In this document: positions 1 to 14,891 of the stretch, piece after piece
Numbering within the stretch: position 1 is the stretch's first letter
How the letters are laid out: each line of letters begins with the position of its first letter
Position numbers and translations under genes: made by a program
Assembly (NCBI GenBank): GCA_964016885.1
Contig: OZ024740.1
Location: forward strand, 167,896,001 to 167,960,000
Reading direction: 5' to 3'
Length of the DNA stretch: 64,000 nucleotides
Source: Eledone cirrhosa
Lineage: Eukaryota
Notes under the pieces: generated by a model
The model's input: only the letters and a program-made list of their open reading frames with translations
What the model was told of the DNA's origin: nothing
Databases searched by the model: none

Positions 1-955
<955 letters not shown>

Positions 956-1523
956 TACTTGGGGAGGGTCATATTTGCGTAATATTGCCAGAATTAATAA
1001 CAGAACACACTCACTGTTTGGTTGGTTTTCGCTTCTCGCTGTCTTTTATTATATCTGCGATCTAACTTACTCGGTCCTCAATGTTGCCATTGACTGACCG
1101 GCGGTCAAAAATAATACAGATACAATATAGACACAAACACATATATATATATATAGTTTACATAATTTACATAAATCTTTCGTTGCACATCTGCAACATC
1201 GTCAGTGGTGTTATATTCATTGTTCCTCCTGTTGTGTTGTATGTCTACGCCATTTTTTTTTTTTTGTTCAGTCTGTCTATATATTTATTTATTTATTTGC
1301 TTGTTTGTTTATCTTATTTTATTTTGTCTTCTTTGCGCATGCGTTTGCGGGTGTCTATAGTGTTATGTGTGATGTGTGACTAGTGTGTATAGTGTTGTGT
1401 CTGCTGGGTGACTAGTGTGTGTTTATGTGCTTGTTGTTATTGTGCTTGTGTATGTATTTATTTATCTTATTTTATTTAATTTTATTTACTTAAAAGGGTA
1501 GGTTTTGCTGATCAGGTTAGGTT

Positions 1524-2000
1524 TTGCTGATCAGGGTAGGTTTTGCCACCATAAAATCCCTGATCAGCAAAACCTACCCTTTTAAGAAAACCCACTGTAC
1601 CAATAGGAAGTGTGTCATATGTAAGGTGAACCCCCGGATAATCTGTAAAACTAGAAACGTAGTCTATAGCATAAGATGTACAGAGGGTACTTGCAGAAAC
1701 ATGACAACAACATACATAGGTGAGACAGCTCGTAGCATAGGTGAAAGGATAGACCAACACTGGGGGGAACTAAAAGGACGAAAAAACGGGTCAGTACTAT
1801 ACGAACATGCTAGACAACAACATGACGGTAACATAGACAACATAGAAATTAGAATAATATCTAAACATAGGAATGACCCAGCAGATAGGCAAATCAGAGA
1901 GGCCAGTGAAATAGAAATTAGAAGACCAAAGCTAAACAGAAAGAATGAGTGGAACAACAACAACACCCAAACAAACAACACTGACCTAAGAGAAGTATAA
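1524..2000 (+). CDS. GIY-YIG endonuclease domain (C-terminal part of a PLE ORF, RT missing)
   Basis: Motifs CTNRKCVIC, NVVYSIRC..C, YIGETARSIGERIDQH, SVLYEH...H and RQIREASEIEIRRPKLN match the PLE GIY-YIG layout. The TTG start lies in the scrambled junction, so it is probably not a real start. Confidence 0.88.
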   Translation: MLIRVGFATIKSLISKTYPFKKTHCTNRKCVICKVNPRIICKTRNVVYSIRCTEGTCRNMTTTYIGETARSIGERIDQHWGELKGRKNGSVLYEHARQQHDGNIDNIEIRIISKHRNDPADRQIREASEIEIRRPKLNRKNEWNNNNTQTNNTDLREV

Positions 2001-2283
2001 ATAAGTAAATAAAATTAAATAAAATAAGATAAATAAATACATACACAAGCACAATAACAACAAGCACATAAACACACACTAGTCACCCAGCAGACACAAC
2101 ACTATACACACTAGTCACACATCACACATAACACTATACACACACGCAAACGCATGCGCAAAGAAGACAAAATAAAATAAGATAAACAAACAAGCAAATA
2201 AATAAATAAATATATAGACAGACTGAACAAAAAAAAAAAAATGGCGTAGACATACAACACAACAGGAGGAACAATGAATATAA

Positions 2284-2325
2284 CACCACTGACGATGTTG
2301 CAGATGTGCAACGAAAGATTTATGT
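2284..2325 (+). ncRNA. Hammerhead-like motif in the PLE terminal repeat (mirror copy at ~1169-1210 on -)
   Basis: CTGACGA-t-GTTGCA-gatg-TGCAAC-GAAA gives a 6-bp stem II. Stems I and III are weak. Confidence 0.55.
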
Positions 2326-2585
2326 AAATTATGTAAACTATATATATATATATGTGTTTGTGTCTATATTGTATCTGTATTATTTTTGACCGCCGGTCAG
2401 TCAATGGCAACATTGAGGACCGAGTAAGTTAGATCGCAGATATAATAAAAGACAGCGAGAAGCGAAAACCAACCAAACAGTGAGTGTGTTCTGTTATTAA
2501 TTCTGGCAATATTACGCAAATATGACCCTCCCCAAGTATAACAATATCTGTTTCGACACACGATTTCATATAAAAAACCTCGCAA

Positions 2586-2633
<48 letters not shown>

Positions 2634-3499
2634 TGAGTATATGAAAGCATATGCGACATGTTAAAATATAATAAACATACGAGTCTTACTGAACATGTCA
2701 CAGATATCTCAGTAGAAAAGGACTCTAGTTTACTACAACGAGTCATTCAGATGAATAATGGTAACGATAGACCAAATAGCGAATGTATTACCCCGAGATT
2801 AGGACGATATGATGAAAGAGCCTTTTCATCTTGTGGCGTTGGTTTTTCCCGATAGTCATTTATATCCCAATCGAACTAAATATAAGGTGATTGTGGATTC
2901 CCGGGACTATGGATGATTCCATTGCTGTAGTGTTAGAGAGAAACCAATCTCAAGGCAGTTTGTACTTTGTCTGTTTGTGATCCTCCATGATATTTCTTAG
3001 ATAATTACTTCATTTATTAGTTAACTGATTGGTTAGCGAGATGCTTCACCAGCTGGTCTGCTGTTAGAATAGAAGGCTTTCTTTTTAATGTTATTAGCTA
3101 TTCTGGTGGTGTTAAGGACGGTGATTTTGCTGATAATGAGAAGTTTTGGCAATGAGGAGGAGGAACGAGAAGGAGGGGTGGATCGTAGTGGTTGTATTTG
3201 GGGTGATAGTGATGGTGATGATGATATGGTGTGAGAGGAGGAGGAAGATGGCGGCGATTTATGATGGTGATGATAGTGAAGATGGTGGTGATGATGATAA
3301 TCACCTTTGTGCTGCTATTACTGATGGTGTGGATGATGATGGTGATGATGGTGATGATGCAAGAAGGCCATTAAACACTTTTGCCTGTCATTTTCCTTGA
3401 CAAATTGGTGAATCTTTCCCTAATACCAGCCGCCACTTTCCACCAATTTCAATATACCTCCTCTTAGTTGTTCCTTCTTTTATTCCATTTACATTTTTC

Positions 3500-3558
<59 letters not shown>

Positions 3559-3900
3559 CGGTGGTGGTGGTGGTAATAGTGTTGTTGTTTATGGTGGTAG
3601 TGGTGGTTTTGGTGGTGATCGTGGTGGCGGTGGGTTGGAATGGCGGCGGCGGAGGTTGTAGAAGGGGTTGTGGTAGAAGAAGAAGAAGAAGAAGAAGAAG
3701 AAGAAGAAGAAGAAGAAGAAGAAGAAGAAGAAGAAGAAGAAGAAGAAGAAGAAGAAGAAGAAGAAGAAGAAGGAGGAGGAGGTGATGATGATGATGATGA
3801 TGATGATGTTTTGATATTGTGTTTATTCTCTCACTCCATCCTCCTTCTCGTACCCCCTCTCTCTCTCTCTCTCTCTCTCTCTCAATCTCTCTCTCTCTGC
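3500..3900. repeat. Compound microsatellite (AGT)n/(GGT)n/(GAA)n/(GAT)n/(CT)n
   Basis: Direct reading. Confidence 0.95.
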
Positions 3901-4089
3901 CTATTTTCCAATGCATTCACTTGACACCATCACCCTTCAGATCGGATTCAAGATAAATGAACCAGTATCACCTTATTATATACAACATATGTATGATGAA
4001 TACTGAAAACACATTTACCAAGTGCTGCTGCTGTTGTTGTTGTTGCTACTGCTGCTTATTCTCCTAGAGTATCTGTCGCTATTATTGTT

Positions 4090-4270
4090 GTTATTGTTGT
4101 TAACCTCAGTCCTTATTGAGCAAACCTATGATCAAAGGGGTTCCAGCCATTTTCAACCCGTCTTTTTATATATATTTTTATTATCCACATTATCCCTTTG
4201 AAGGCAGTTGGTGTGATCTAAGGAAATTTGACTGCTATTTCTAGCAGATTTAGTGATAACGTAGAGGTTT
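4090..4270 (-). mobile_element. Degenerate copy of a second SINE-like family with an (AAC)n tail
   Basis: Shares ctagaaatagcag(c/t)caaat and tttgatcatagg motifs with 4700-4910, 4935-5110, 5850-6010, 7275-7430 and 16360-16500. Confidence 0.5.
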
Positions 4271-4699
4271 TTATTATGGGTTCCTGTTGTCGTAAATATA
4301 GTTAGTTGCTTTGCACGTTTGGTTGTTCGTGCGTTTGCGTATGTTTCTTTGTATTTGTGTGTGGGGTGTGTGTGTGGAGGGGATGACTGAGAACTGTAGG
4401 GTGTGGTGATGTTGCCTGGAGATAATGAGATAAAATAGATATAATCTTGCGTGACGATCTTTCTGTCTTCATTGCCACGCTTAAAAGTTCAGCCAATCAC
4501 CTCTACCATCGCCATCACAATCACTCTCAACCCATCACAAGGCAAAAAAAGCAAATAAACCAGCCAAACGCCAACACCACCACCACGTCCATCACCACCT
4601 CTGCCAGCGCCATCACTGTGACCTGCATTAGTGCCAGATACGGCACCAAAACTAAACTGCGCACCATCACGTTTGGACTGATGCGCGACTTCCTCTGCA

Positions 4700-5110
4700 A
4701 ATGAACCAACGAAAAAGCCTCTACTTTGTCACCTGACCTACTAGATATAATAGCCAAATAATTGTCAATCACTCCGAGCTGCTTTTAAAGAGGACACGTT
4801 GGCCTCGGGGCTTCTACTAATAGAAAAAACGGATGGTCACGACGGCCATGCCTTTGATCATAGGTCTGCTCGAATAGGGTTCACCTGGGGTTAAATAACA
4901 ACAACAACCAGGACATCAATGAGTCAATAAGAAAACCTCTAGGTTGTTTAAGCTGACAGAAATAGCAGAGATATCTCCCGTCTTAAACAAAAATGAAACG
5001 TTGGATAATGTATTCCTAGATATATCTGGAAAGAAGACTAAATAGTCATAACAGAACAGCTACTGATCATATGTCTGTAGGATCCGGAAGACCTGCAGTG
5101 AAACTACATC
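4700..5110 (+). mobile_element. Two adjacent degenerate copies of the second SINE-like family
   Basis: The string aa(g/a)cctcta...aatag(c)ag...gatcata(g/t)gtctg occurs twice. The first copy ends in (aac)n at ~4908. Confidence 0.5.
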
Positions 5111-6245
5111 TACGCCAAAATTATGAACCCCTGTAAGTGACATAGCATTACAAGCACCACTACCATCGACCCTAGCACTATTATATCACTACCACTATCA
5201 AGCAATTTACTTACCCACATATCATTACACTGGCCTATCAAAATACAAAAGATGGGTGTTTTCATCTGATTGCTGTGAATCTTAGATACATGTCTAAAAT
5301 AAAAATGACGGCATGGACATAGCTGGATTGGTCTGGAGATGTGTCCATGACTTTTGTAGGCCTTTCGAGACTGGCTAGTGGATGTTGTTAACATATTATA
5401 TGAGCTGTTGCAAGTCAAGGATTATAGGGGAAATATATGCATGAGGGAATTCGAAAGGATATATACTTAGAAAGAACAACTAGGTATAATAGTTAACACA
5501 GAACCTAGGCAAATTAGTGTGAGCCCAATACGGGTAGATGGTAGGCTGGGAGTGTCGTCCTAGGGGCGGATGTCACAGTAGTAGCTGTAGAAAAAGCAGA
5601 GAGGATGGAAATATATTTGGGAGCCAGAGTTTAGAATGTGTTGATATAGAGCGTCATATTAATCAGTTGATTGTCTTTGGATAATGTATTTGAGCATCAT
5701 ATTTCTGCTAGACCAGGACCGACCTAGGTTTATACGACAATAAAGAAAGCCTTATCATAATCACTAATCAATACCCCACAACAGTAGCTATCATCTCAAT
5801 CACCACTAGTACCACGACCAGAGATAGGAGCATCTACATCATCGCTCGACCACCAAGAAATAGCAGCAAAATTGCCCTCAAACTAAAAACGTATAAATTT
5901 AAAAAGGAAAGGATACTTTGACTAATGAAGTTGCTATATACTATGTCGGAAAAGAAGATAGAATGCTCATGGCTGGAAAGATTAAATCAGAGCTGAGATG
6001 GAATTAAACAAAACCACCATCAACAAAAACATCAATACTGATGGCCATGATCAACTCATTCACTATTGTTATTATCATCACCACCCTCACTACAGCCATG
6101 ATATTTACTACCAGTAAAAATATCAATTATAATATAACAGTACCACAACCACCATCAAACAACCACCATCAAACAACCACCAACAAAATCATCAACCCTT
6201 GTCTGCCATTAGCACACTCACCACCATTATTTTAAACACTCAATG

Positions 6246-6460
6246 CCGGTGGATTGCCAGTATCGGTAGAAGGTCGCACACCATGCTTTGCAGCATAGAC
6301 CTACGCCATGCTTTGCAGCATAGACCTACGGCCCTTTACAGTCTGAGTTCAATTCCTGCCGAGGTTAATTTTGCCTTTCATCCTTACGGGGTCGATAAAA
6401 TAAAGTACCAGTAATGCTCTGGGGTAACTGCTGGCTTTGTGCCAAATGTAGAAACAATTA
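6246..6460 (+). mobile_element. tRNA-head SINE with Deu/Nin-like core, 20-bp TSD and a 25-bp internal duplication
   Basis: A-box-like head, B-box-like gagttcaattcc and core gcctttcatccttacggggtcgataaaataaagtacca. The TSD attattttaaacactcaatg is at 6226-6245 and 6457-6476. Confidence 0.88.
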
Positions 6461-6729
6461 TTTTAAACACTCAATGGGCTTTGTCGTCTGTTATAGATAT
6501 TCTGTGTATCTGCACTTGGAAACGTCCTCTCTAAAACATAGGCCTGCGCAAAGTTGTCGTAGAAAAGCTGATGTTGCCCATTCATGCAAGTCTCCTTTAT
6601 TTAATCCACTGCTGTTGTCCAAAGAGAAAAGCAATGGCTGATACAACTTGGTATCAGTTTCGTCGCAAAAGTTGCTATCAGAACTCAAATAGTTGAAAGC
6701 AACACCATGATGCATTTCATCTGAAACAC

Positions 6730-6900
6730 TAACAATTCCGCCAATCTAATTACCCTCTACCGCCACCTTATTTATCGACCCTGAAAGAATGAAAAGCAAA
6801 GTTGACCTCGGAAGGATTTGAACTTTAAATTCAGATCACAGTGTACTGGAACAAAAGTCGTACAGCATTATATCCGACGCTATAACTATTCTATTTTACT
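6730..6900 (-). mobile_element. Older related SINE subfamily, degenerate
   Basis: Reverse complement of core and B box (tttatcgaccc...aaagttgacctcgg..ggatttgaact). Confidence 0.65.
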
Positions 6901-7499
6901 GTTTCCTTTAACCACCACACTCGTCACCTCTTCTTCACTTTCACCGTCATGAAAACAGCCATGATAATTACACTGAAACACTAACATATCCATCATTGGT
7001 ACCACCACCACCGTCACTGACATTATCAACACTATTAACACAACGACATTACCACTACCACTGTTACTGCTACTATCACTGTCAGTACAACAACAACCAC
7101 CTTTACCCTCATCAAAAGCACAGCTAATGTCACCAATTCCACAATTACTCTCACTCTCACTCTCACAAAAGACATAACCATCACCACAGCTATTACTACG
7201 GTTAAGGCCATCAACACCACCCCCATCAACATTGTCGCATACGCATTTCTGCCATCTCCACTAATTCGAGCCAATGAAAGAGCCTCTACATGGTCGTTTG
7301 ATCTACTAAAAATAACAGCCAAATCTCCCTCAACATAATGACAAATTGGAAAATGTGGTCCTGCACATGGGAAAAAGGTGGGGTGGCCACGGCGAGAAGG
7401 CTTTCGATCAGGACTCACCTTGTTCTAAACAGCAATACCAACAACTGTTAATTCAAAGCATCCTTAATCCATGATTTGGCCCCCAGCCCATCACAACTT

Positions 7500-8210
7500 T
7501 TATACTGCTAGCAACAACGCCAACATCATCATCATCACCACCACATGATCACAATCACGATCAATACCATTATTTCCACCACGATTATCACTACTATTAC
7601 TACAGCTCTCGACATCATCACCACCATCTCCACCAACAATCAACAAAACTATTACCACTAACACCACACCAACCAACACCACTACATACATTAACAGTAA
7701 CAGCAACAGCAGCAGCAACATCATCAACAACAAAATCTGCATCACCAGCAATAAAGACCCCCCCCCCCCCCCATTAACACCATTATCACCTCCACCACAA
7801 CTACAGTCATTATCATTACCAAGAGCAACCTCACCACCAGCACCGCCATAACCACCAACACCACCGACACCACCACCACCACCCCCACCACTACCACCAC
7901 CACTACCACCATCGCCACCACTACCACCATCCACAACACTGCCACCATCACCACAATTACCACCACCATCCCCACCACCACCACCACCACCACCACCACC
8001 AATACCACAATCCCCCACCCCTACCACCACAACAATCACCACTACCACCATCCCCACCACCACTACCACCATCCCCACAAACACCACCACTACCACCACC
8101 CCTGCCACCATCACCACTATTACCCCCCCCCACCACCACCACAGCCACCATAACCATCCCCATCACCACCACACCCACCATCACCACCATTACTACCATA
8201 ACTACCACCA
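7500..8210. repeat. Degenerate (CAC/CAA/CAT)n simple-sequence tract
   Basis: C/A-rich trinucleotide runs that generate poly-G/V ORFs. Confidence 0.9.
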
Positions 8211-8779
8211 TTGAGTAAAGCAGTTTATGATTCATGGTTCCGGTTCAGTACACACGTAATTAAGATAAATGACTTTAATTTTCTATTTGTTTATTACATT
8301 TTTGTTAATGTTTTAAGGTATTTTGTTAGTAGTTATTTGTTTTTGTTTCGTTTTTGTCTTTTTTTTTTCGGCTGGTGTTTTTCCACCATTTTGCTTCTAC
8401 ATTAGAATTTGTTTTTGCTATTTTCTTCTATTTTTATGTGACTGTGTAGGAGTTGGGGGCACCTTTTTGTTGTTTTGTTTCCTATTTTGTGATTTTGTTG
8501 GTATTTTTGTCGGTTTGTAAGAAGACGGCTGCATGAAAATAATTCTAGTTATTATTGTGCTTGTTTTTATTGTTGCTGGTATTGCTGTTGGTGGTGTAGT
8601 TGTTGTTGTTGTTGGATGTGGTAATGGGGTGTGTTCAGGGTAGGGAACATTAGTGTTGTTGTTGTAGTTATTGTTGATGTCGTTTTATTCTTATAACTGT
8701 TCTTGTTGTTGTTTTATTATTGCCGTCGTTTCATCATTATTGTAATTGTATTTGTTGCTTTCTTTCTCATATTACCATA

Positions 8780-8781
<2 letters not shown>

Positions 8782-8845
<64 letters not shown>

Positions 8846-8879
8846 GCATATATACTTATATATATATATACACACACAT

Positions 8880-8954
<75 letters not shown>

Positions 8955-9030
8955 TGCATTAATATGCACGCATGAATACATACATGCATACATAAATATA
9001 TATATATGCATGTTTGAATACATAAATACA

Positions 9031-9106
<76 letters not shown>

Positions 9107-9240
9107 GATATATATATATATGCATGTATGTATGTATTCAAACATGCATATATATATATATATATGCATCTATGTATGCATTCAAACATGCATATTTATG
9201 TATATATATATATATATGCATGTATGTATATGCATCTTTG

Positions 9241-9284
<44 letters not shown>

Positions 9285-9311
9285 CATGCATGGATACATA
9301 CATGCATGGAT

Positions 9312-9388
<77 letters not shown>

Positions 9389-9420
9389 TGCATGCATGCC
9401 AGCATGCATACATACATTCA
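8782..9420. repeat. Compound (TA)n/(CA)n/(ATGC) microsatellite with internal inverted repeats
   Basis: atgcatgtttgaatacata (~9006) is the reverse complement of tatgtattcaaacatgcat (~9131), flanking (TA)n. Confidence 0.9.
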
Positions 9421-9861
9421 TAATTAGCTTATGTTATTTCAAATTACATAGTGTTGCTGCCATTGATGTTGTTATTGTTAATGTTCTCATCATTTTTTCG
9501 ATTTTTTCATGTTGAAATGCAGGTGGTGCAGTATGTATGTAGCGTGCAATCTTTTCATACATGAATGCATGCATATTTATTTAAATCGATCACAACATAT
9601 GCGAGTAAATTCAATTTCTAAGGGACACCAATATTATTATTATCAGAACAACTTCTATCACCATCATTATTATTACTGCCTTCAACATCGTCCTCGTTAT
9701 CAGCGGAAGATCATTGAAATTGTCATATTGATATAATAATGAATTAATTAAAATGTACTACTAACTCTTCTGTTCGAACTGATGCTGTCTGTAATGCTGT
9801 TATACGTTAACACCATTACCATCATTACCATTACCACAAAACATTCTATATTATTTTATCT

Positions 9862-10041
9862 GCAGTATCGGTAGAGGGTTGGATGCCATGCTTTGACGCA
9901 TAGAGTTACGGCCCTTGCCATTCTGAGTTCAAATCCCGCCGAGGTTAACTTTGCCTTTCATCCTTACGGGGTCGATAAAATAAAGTACTAGTAATGCACT
10001 AGGTAATTGCTGGCCTTGTGCCGAAAGAAGAAACAATTATT
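9862..10041 (+). mobile_element. Deu/Nin-like SINE
   Basis: gagttcaaatcccgccgagg B box plus core; attattttat on both flanks. Confidence 0.88.
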
Positions 10042-10311
10042 TTATATATATAACGTTATATATATATATTCATATATATGTAATCACAGTGAAAGAGCTA
10101 CTGTATTTTAATTAATTCATTATATCCATGTGTCAATATCAATGACAATCCAATAACATTGGTGAAGATTGTTCTGCAGATGAAAATATTGATAATGTGG
10201 ACTGTAAAACCTCCTTTGCTTGCTTCTTTTAGATTATATCTGCGTGTGCGTGTTTGTGTGTGTGTATTTGTGTATATCTGTGTCTGTCTGTATGTGTGTG
10301 TGTGTGTGTGG

Positions 10312-10386
<75 letters not shown>

Positions 10387-11784
10387 AACTGAAACGAATA
10401 GTTCATCTCTGGAGAGAATATTCATATAAGTATGTTATTGAGAGTTGAATCAGGTAGCCATTCCAGTGTGTATGTATGCTTCCATCGTGTATACCAGTAT
10501 GTTTTCAATATATGGTGTGTGTCTGCGTGTGTGTGTGTACGTGATTGTGTATGTGTTTTGAGTTACAGTGTTTTAGTTAGGAGAATCCATACACTTTCTA
10601 CTTGTACTTTGGTATTCCTTATCTAATATATTATATTTTAATTTTTATGGGATGTTCCTGATTTTCAGTTCTCAGATAAAACTTGATAATACCGTGATAT
10701 TTCTTCTAATTAAAATTTATAAGGTCTAGTTGCGGTGGAAGTAGCGAAACTTAAAGAGATTACAGGTTTTGCTTATATAATTTTTGGTAAGTTAATATGG
10801 ATCATTTATAAACTAAATTTTTTACAAGGCAGTTACTGATAAGTGAAAATATACTCGAATTATGAAAATTTCAGATAAGTGCATGTGTGCTTAGTTGATT
10901 TAATTTAGAGATATTAGAGGATGCGAAGTTTGCAAGGTGGAGTAAATGTTTTTCCGTGTATTTCGGTTGAAAATTGTGATAGTATCTGTTTTCGTAAGAT
11001 TAGAAGGCACCACTATCAATCATTCACATTGTCGTTTATACTGATATGGTAAATTTGAAGATGTGGAATTGATATGCACAAAGCACTACGAGTAGAAGCG
11101 ACTCGCACAAATTAGAAGCAGGCTTCTTCAAAGAAATATTTGCATATCCTGTCTGTGATCGAAGATGTTCAGAGAAGATAAGGGTGTACAGAAATCAAAG
11201 TATTCATAACTAAAACATAATATGGTAATCATTGAATTTGAGTGACAAAAATACGTTTACAAGTATTTACGAACATATATCTGAGGGTATCTATGTGCTT
11301 GTACATATGATCTATGTATATGTAAGAATTAGTTATGTATACATATATGCAAATCTACACGCATTCTTATCTGAATATGTGCATGGTCGTACATGGCCTA
11401 CACACGAAAGCGCTTACATGTGGGTTTATGTGCACATATACAAAAATATACAATATAATTTTTTTTATTTAAATAATGTTGAATTTGGTTGTTCTTTAAT
11501 TTTAGAAATATTACTTCGTTAACGGACTTCCCATACATAGTAGTAAGAAAGATTTATTCAAATATTCTGCCTATCTAAAAAGCAAAATATACAACTCTTA
11601 TCGTGTCCTCTATATATAATCAACTCCCTTCAATACTTTCAGTCACTCTTCTACGATTCTTTAGTTCCCTAAACTTTTCTTAAGTGATGTACCAACTATT
11701 AACAATTTCACTTTTTTTAAACATTTTAAAAATTCTTTAAAAGCTTTCATAGCCATTCCATTGTTCTATTATTATTATTAGAGT

Positions 11785-12010
11785 AAGGGTGGTGAATTGG
11801 CAGTATTGATAGAGCGTCGGACACCATGCTTTGAAGCAAAGAGTTACGCCTCAGTTACGATCTGATTTCAAATCCCGCCGAGGTTAACTTTGCCTTTCAT
11901 CTTTACGGGGCCGATAAAATAAAATACCAGTAACACACTGGGGTCGATTGAATCGACTTTCCCCTCCCCCAAATTACTGGCCTTGTGCCTATAGTAGAAA
12001 TCATTATTAT
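11785..12010 (+). mobile_element. Deu/Nin-like SINE (long form with the ggggtcgatt..atcgac segment)
   Basis: Same head and core, (att)n tail. Confidence 0.88.
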
Positions 12011-12429
12011 TTGATTATTCTATTTTATTATATTATTCCATCATCTTAATGTTTTCTCTTGCCACAAAAGCATACATTCCATTCTTTTCCTCAAAATATA
12101 TGTTTCCTTTATTCCGGAATCGTAGGAGTAAGCGTGGAAGTACCCAAGGTGATGCTGGGCTGTATTGACAGGAATTGATTCGTTAACAGATGCCTAAGTG
12201 ATTGCACCCGTACCGCTGATACTCATAATATACGACAGTAGGGACAAGATTTCAGTATAATCCAGTAACGCATTTATTTATATTACGCTGAATTTGATGT
12301 TACAATTTGTTGAACCATCTTCGAAAGTTATTATTGCAGCTGTCCAGTATGCAGTAGATGCGAGGTTTTATTCTTGTAAACAGTACCAATACATTATTCT
12401 GTCATATTTCAAGTTTGTAAAAATTCATC

Positions 12430-13090
12430 ATTTATGTTATCCAGACTTAGACCGAAGATGGTCTATATTCCCCATTCCTCTTCCTTTAGCCTGGCTCATC
12501 ACATCCCCTACACACTAACGCAACCAATTTACCGGTTAAATCCATATGACCCTCCTAAACACGGCACTAATTACTTAACTAATGGACCACACCACCCACC
12601 ACTAATACATCTAACTCCCGTCTACCTCCACTCACCGCCGCTTTACCACCAATACACACACAACCACACCCAAGACACACCTAAACCCTCCACTTCGGCT
12701 ATTACCCCGAACCTTCTTAACAACCTTTTCCAAACGTTCATGTATCTACCTGTTCTCTCCCTATCCGAACTCACCATTTCCTGACGAAGGGCCTCCCTCC
12801 GAAGCGCAGAACCCTCCTCCACTTCCCCCCAAGCGTGATCCGAATACGACTTTGTGTTTTTACATCCCTGTGCTTGTTTTGTTTCATTTATTCAACTATT
12901 TATATATATATTTAACCTGATTAGTTCTTTCGTTACTTTGGTATTGTAGGGTTGGGTTTTGCCTACCGCAATTTTCCATTTGTCACGCTATTTAAACGTA
13001 TGTTATTACACTAAGGACCTCCCTTATTGAGTGCTTTGCTACTCATTCCTTATTATAGGTCGACTTTACTTAGCCACTCCAAAGCTTCGA
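12430..13090 (+). mobile_element. Probable decayed PLE 3' end with a degenerate hammerhead-like motif at 12778-12811
   Basis: ttc-CTGACGA-a-gg..cc-GAA-gcgc-a-gaa; the region ends in (TA)n. Confidence 0.4.
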
Positions 13091-13996
13091 TTTTACTAAG
13101 CTTCCACTTATATATATATATGATGAGTGAAAGTGAGAGGGAAAAAGGGAGAGGAAGAAAGAGGGGTAAGCGTAGATAGTAACGAAATAGGTAGGTAGAA
13201 GGAGAGAGAAGACTGGTCACAGTGAAACATGATAAAATATATGGAGAATAGGATTGGCTGTGTAGTTGCTAGTTAAGGTAGCTTAAACTGGAGTGAGAAT
13301 AAGAAGAAAGCAAGAACAATGGGGGGAGTTTTCCTCATCAGTTGTCTACTAGGGGTTTCGGATAGTTCTCTCTCTCTTCTCTCTCTATATATATATATAT
13401 GTATAGAGAGAGAGGGGGAGAGGAGAGAGTTGAACATATATATATAGTTGAACAAATAAAACAATATATATATATATATCCGTACCATGGACATCACCCT
13501 TACCGGTGCACTATTAGAAGCAGTAATATCACCATGACTGTGCAATACCACCCCCAATACCATTAACCTCATCATGATGATCATATGTTTGTAATCATTG
13601 GTGTGACAACCCAAATTACTATCATCATATATGGAAACCAAATCCATCCGCTATCAGTACTACTACAACTACCGCCAGCTTGTTTCTTTGATGTTGTCTT
13701 CGGTAATTCTTCAGTAATAAAACATCTTCTGCAGGAAATGAAATACCTGCTCTTTCTTCCCTGTATGGCGTACTTAACGCTACATCAGCTTGTCAGAATG
13801 TTTGACGTTTCAAATCTGAGCAGGAAAAAACTTTGTACTATTTGGTGCACCTAATTTTTACGATTTTTTTTCTAATATAGATGAAGCTACATACATAGAC
13901 TGAGACACAGACACACACATACATACATACATGCATACATAAATACATAAATACATACATAAATACATACTTAAATACATACATATATATATATAT

Positions 13997-14270
<274 letters not shown>

Positions 14271-14891
14271 GGTGGGGGGTATTGTATGCAGACACACATG
14301 GTAGGTGGAAACTTCCTCTTACGAAAGCGGTGTTGCGTTTTATATTGATCAAATAAATTAGATAAACACACGTCTTGCGCACATGACACACACTGTTACA
14401 TGCACTCAGACATGTGCACATACAGTCATATACACGTACTTCCACATGTATACTTATAAACGCACTTACACAAACACACACACACACATACACACACGCA
14501 CACAAACAAACACACACACACTCCCTTATACAGTACTTACAGGCATAATATCAAGAAGAAGAGACCTGAGAATATCGCTTGTTGAAACGAAGCATGTTAC
14601 GTTGATAGCATCACTACCATTGTAGGTGGAATAAATTGATAAGATATATGTAGTTAAGGAAATACCTTCTCTCTCTATATATATATATATTAACATATAT
14701 ACAATTATACTGTATATTATTGATATTCGTTCCATCTCTTTACCTGTTCAGTTAATTTTGCCTTTCATCCCTTCGGCGTCGATAAAATATAGCACCAATC
14801 ACGTACTAGGATCAATATAATCGACTATCCCTCCTCCTCCAAATTTCTATTTTGTCGTTATATAAGTGACAATTACTATTTTTATTGTATA

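Larger units (their letters stand above)
952..2588 (+). mobile_element. 5'-truncated Penelope-like retroelement with an inverted copy of its 3' terminal repeat (952-1492 vs 2002-2542)
   Basis: GIY-YIG ORF followed by a ~540-bp 3' region whose near-identical reverse complement lies upstream. A ~45-bp unique tail follows (2543-2588). (TA)n lies on both flanks. Inverted pLTRs are an established PLE hallmark. Confidence 0.9.

Noticed and set aside
1081-2413. Duplicated 100-aa membrane protein ORFs (1081+ and 2111-)
   Set aside because: These are antisense readings of the A-rich PLE terminal repeat in its two inverted copies.
10620-11230. Possible further decayed retroelement coding sequence
   Set aside because: I could not reconstruct diagnostic motifs by eye; this needs a translated search.
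13321-13365. Hammerhead on - strand (tcc-GAAA-cccctag-TA-gacaa-CTGATGA-gga)
   Set aside because: Core halves are present in type II order, but stem I cannot form; at best it is a rearranged remnant.
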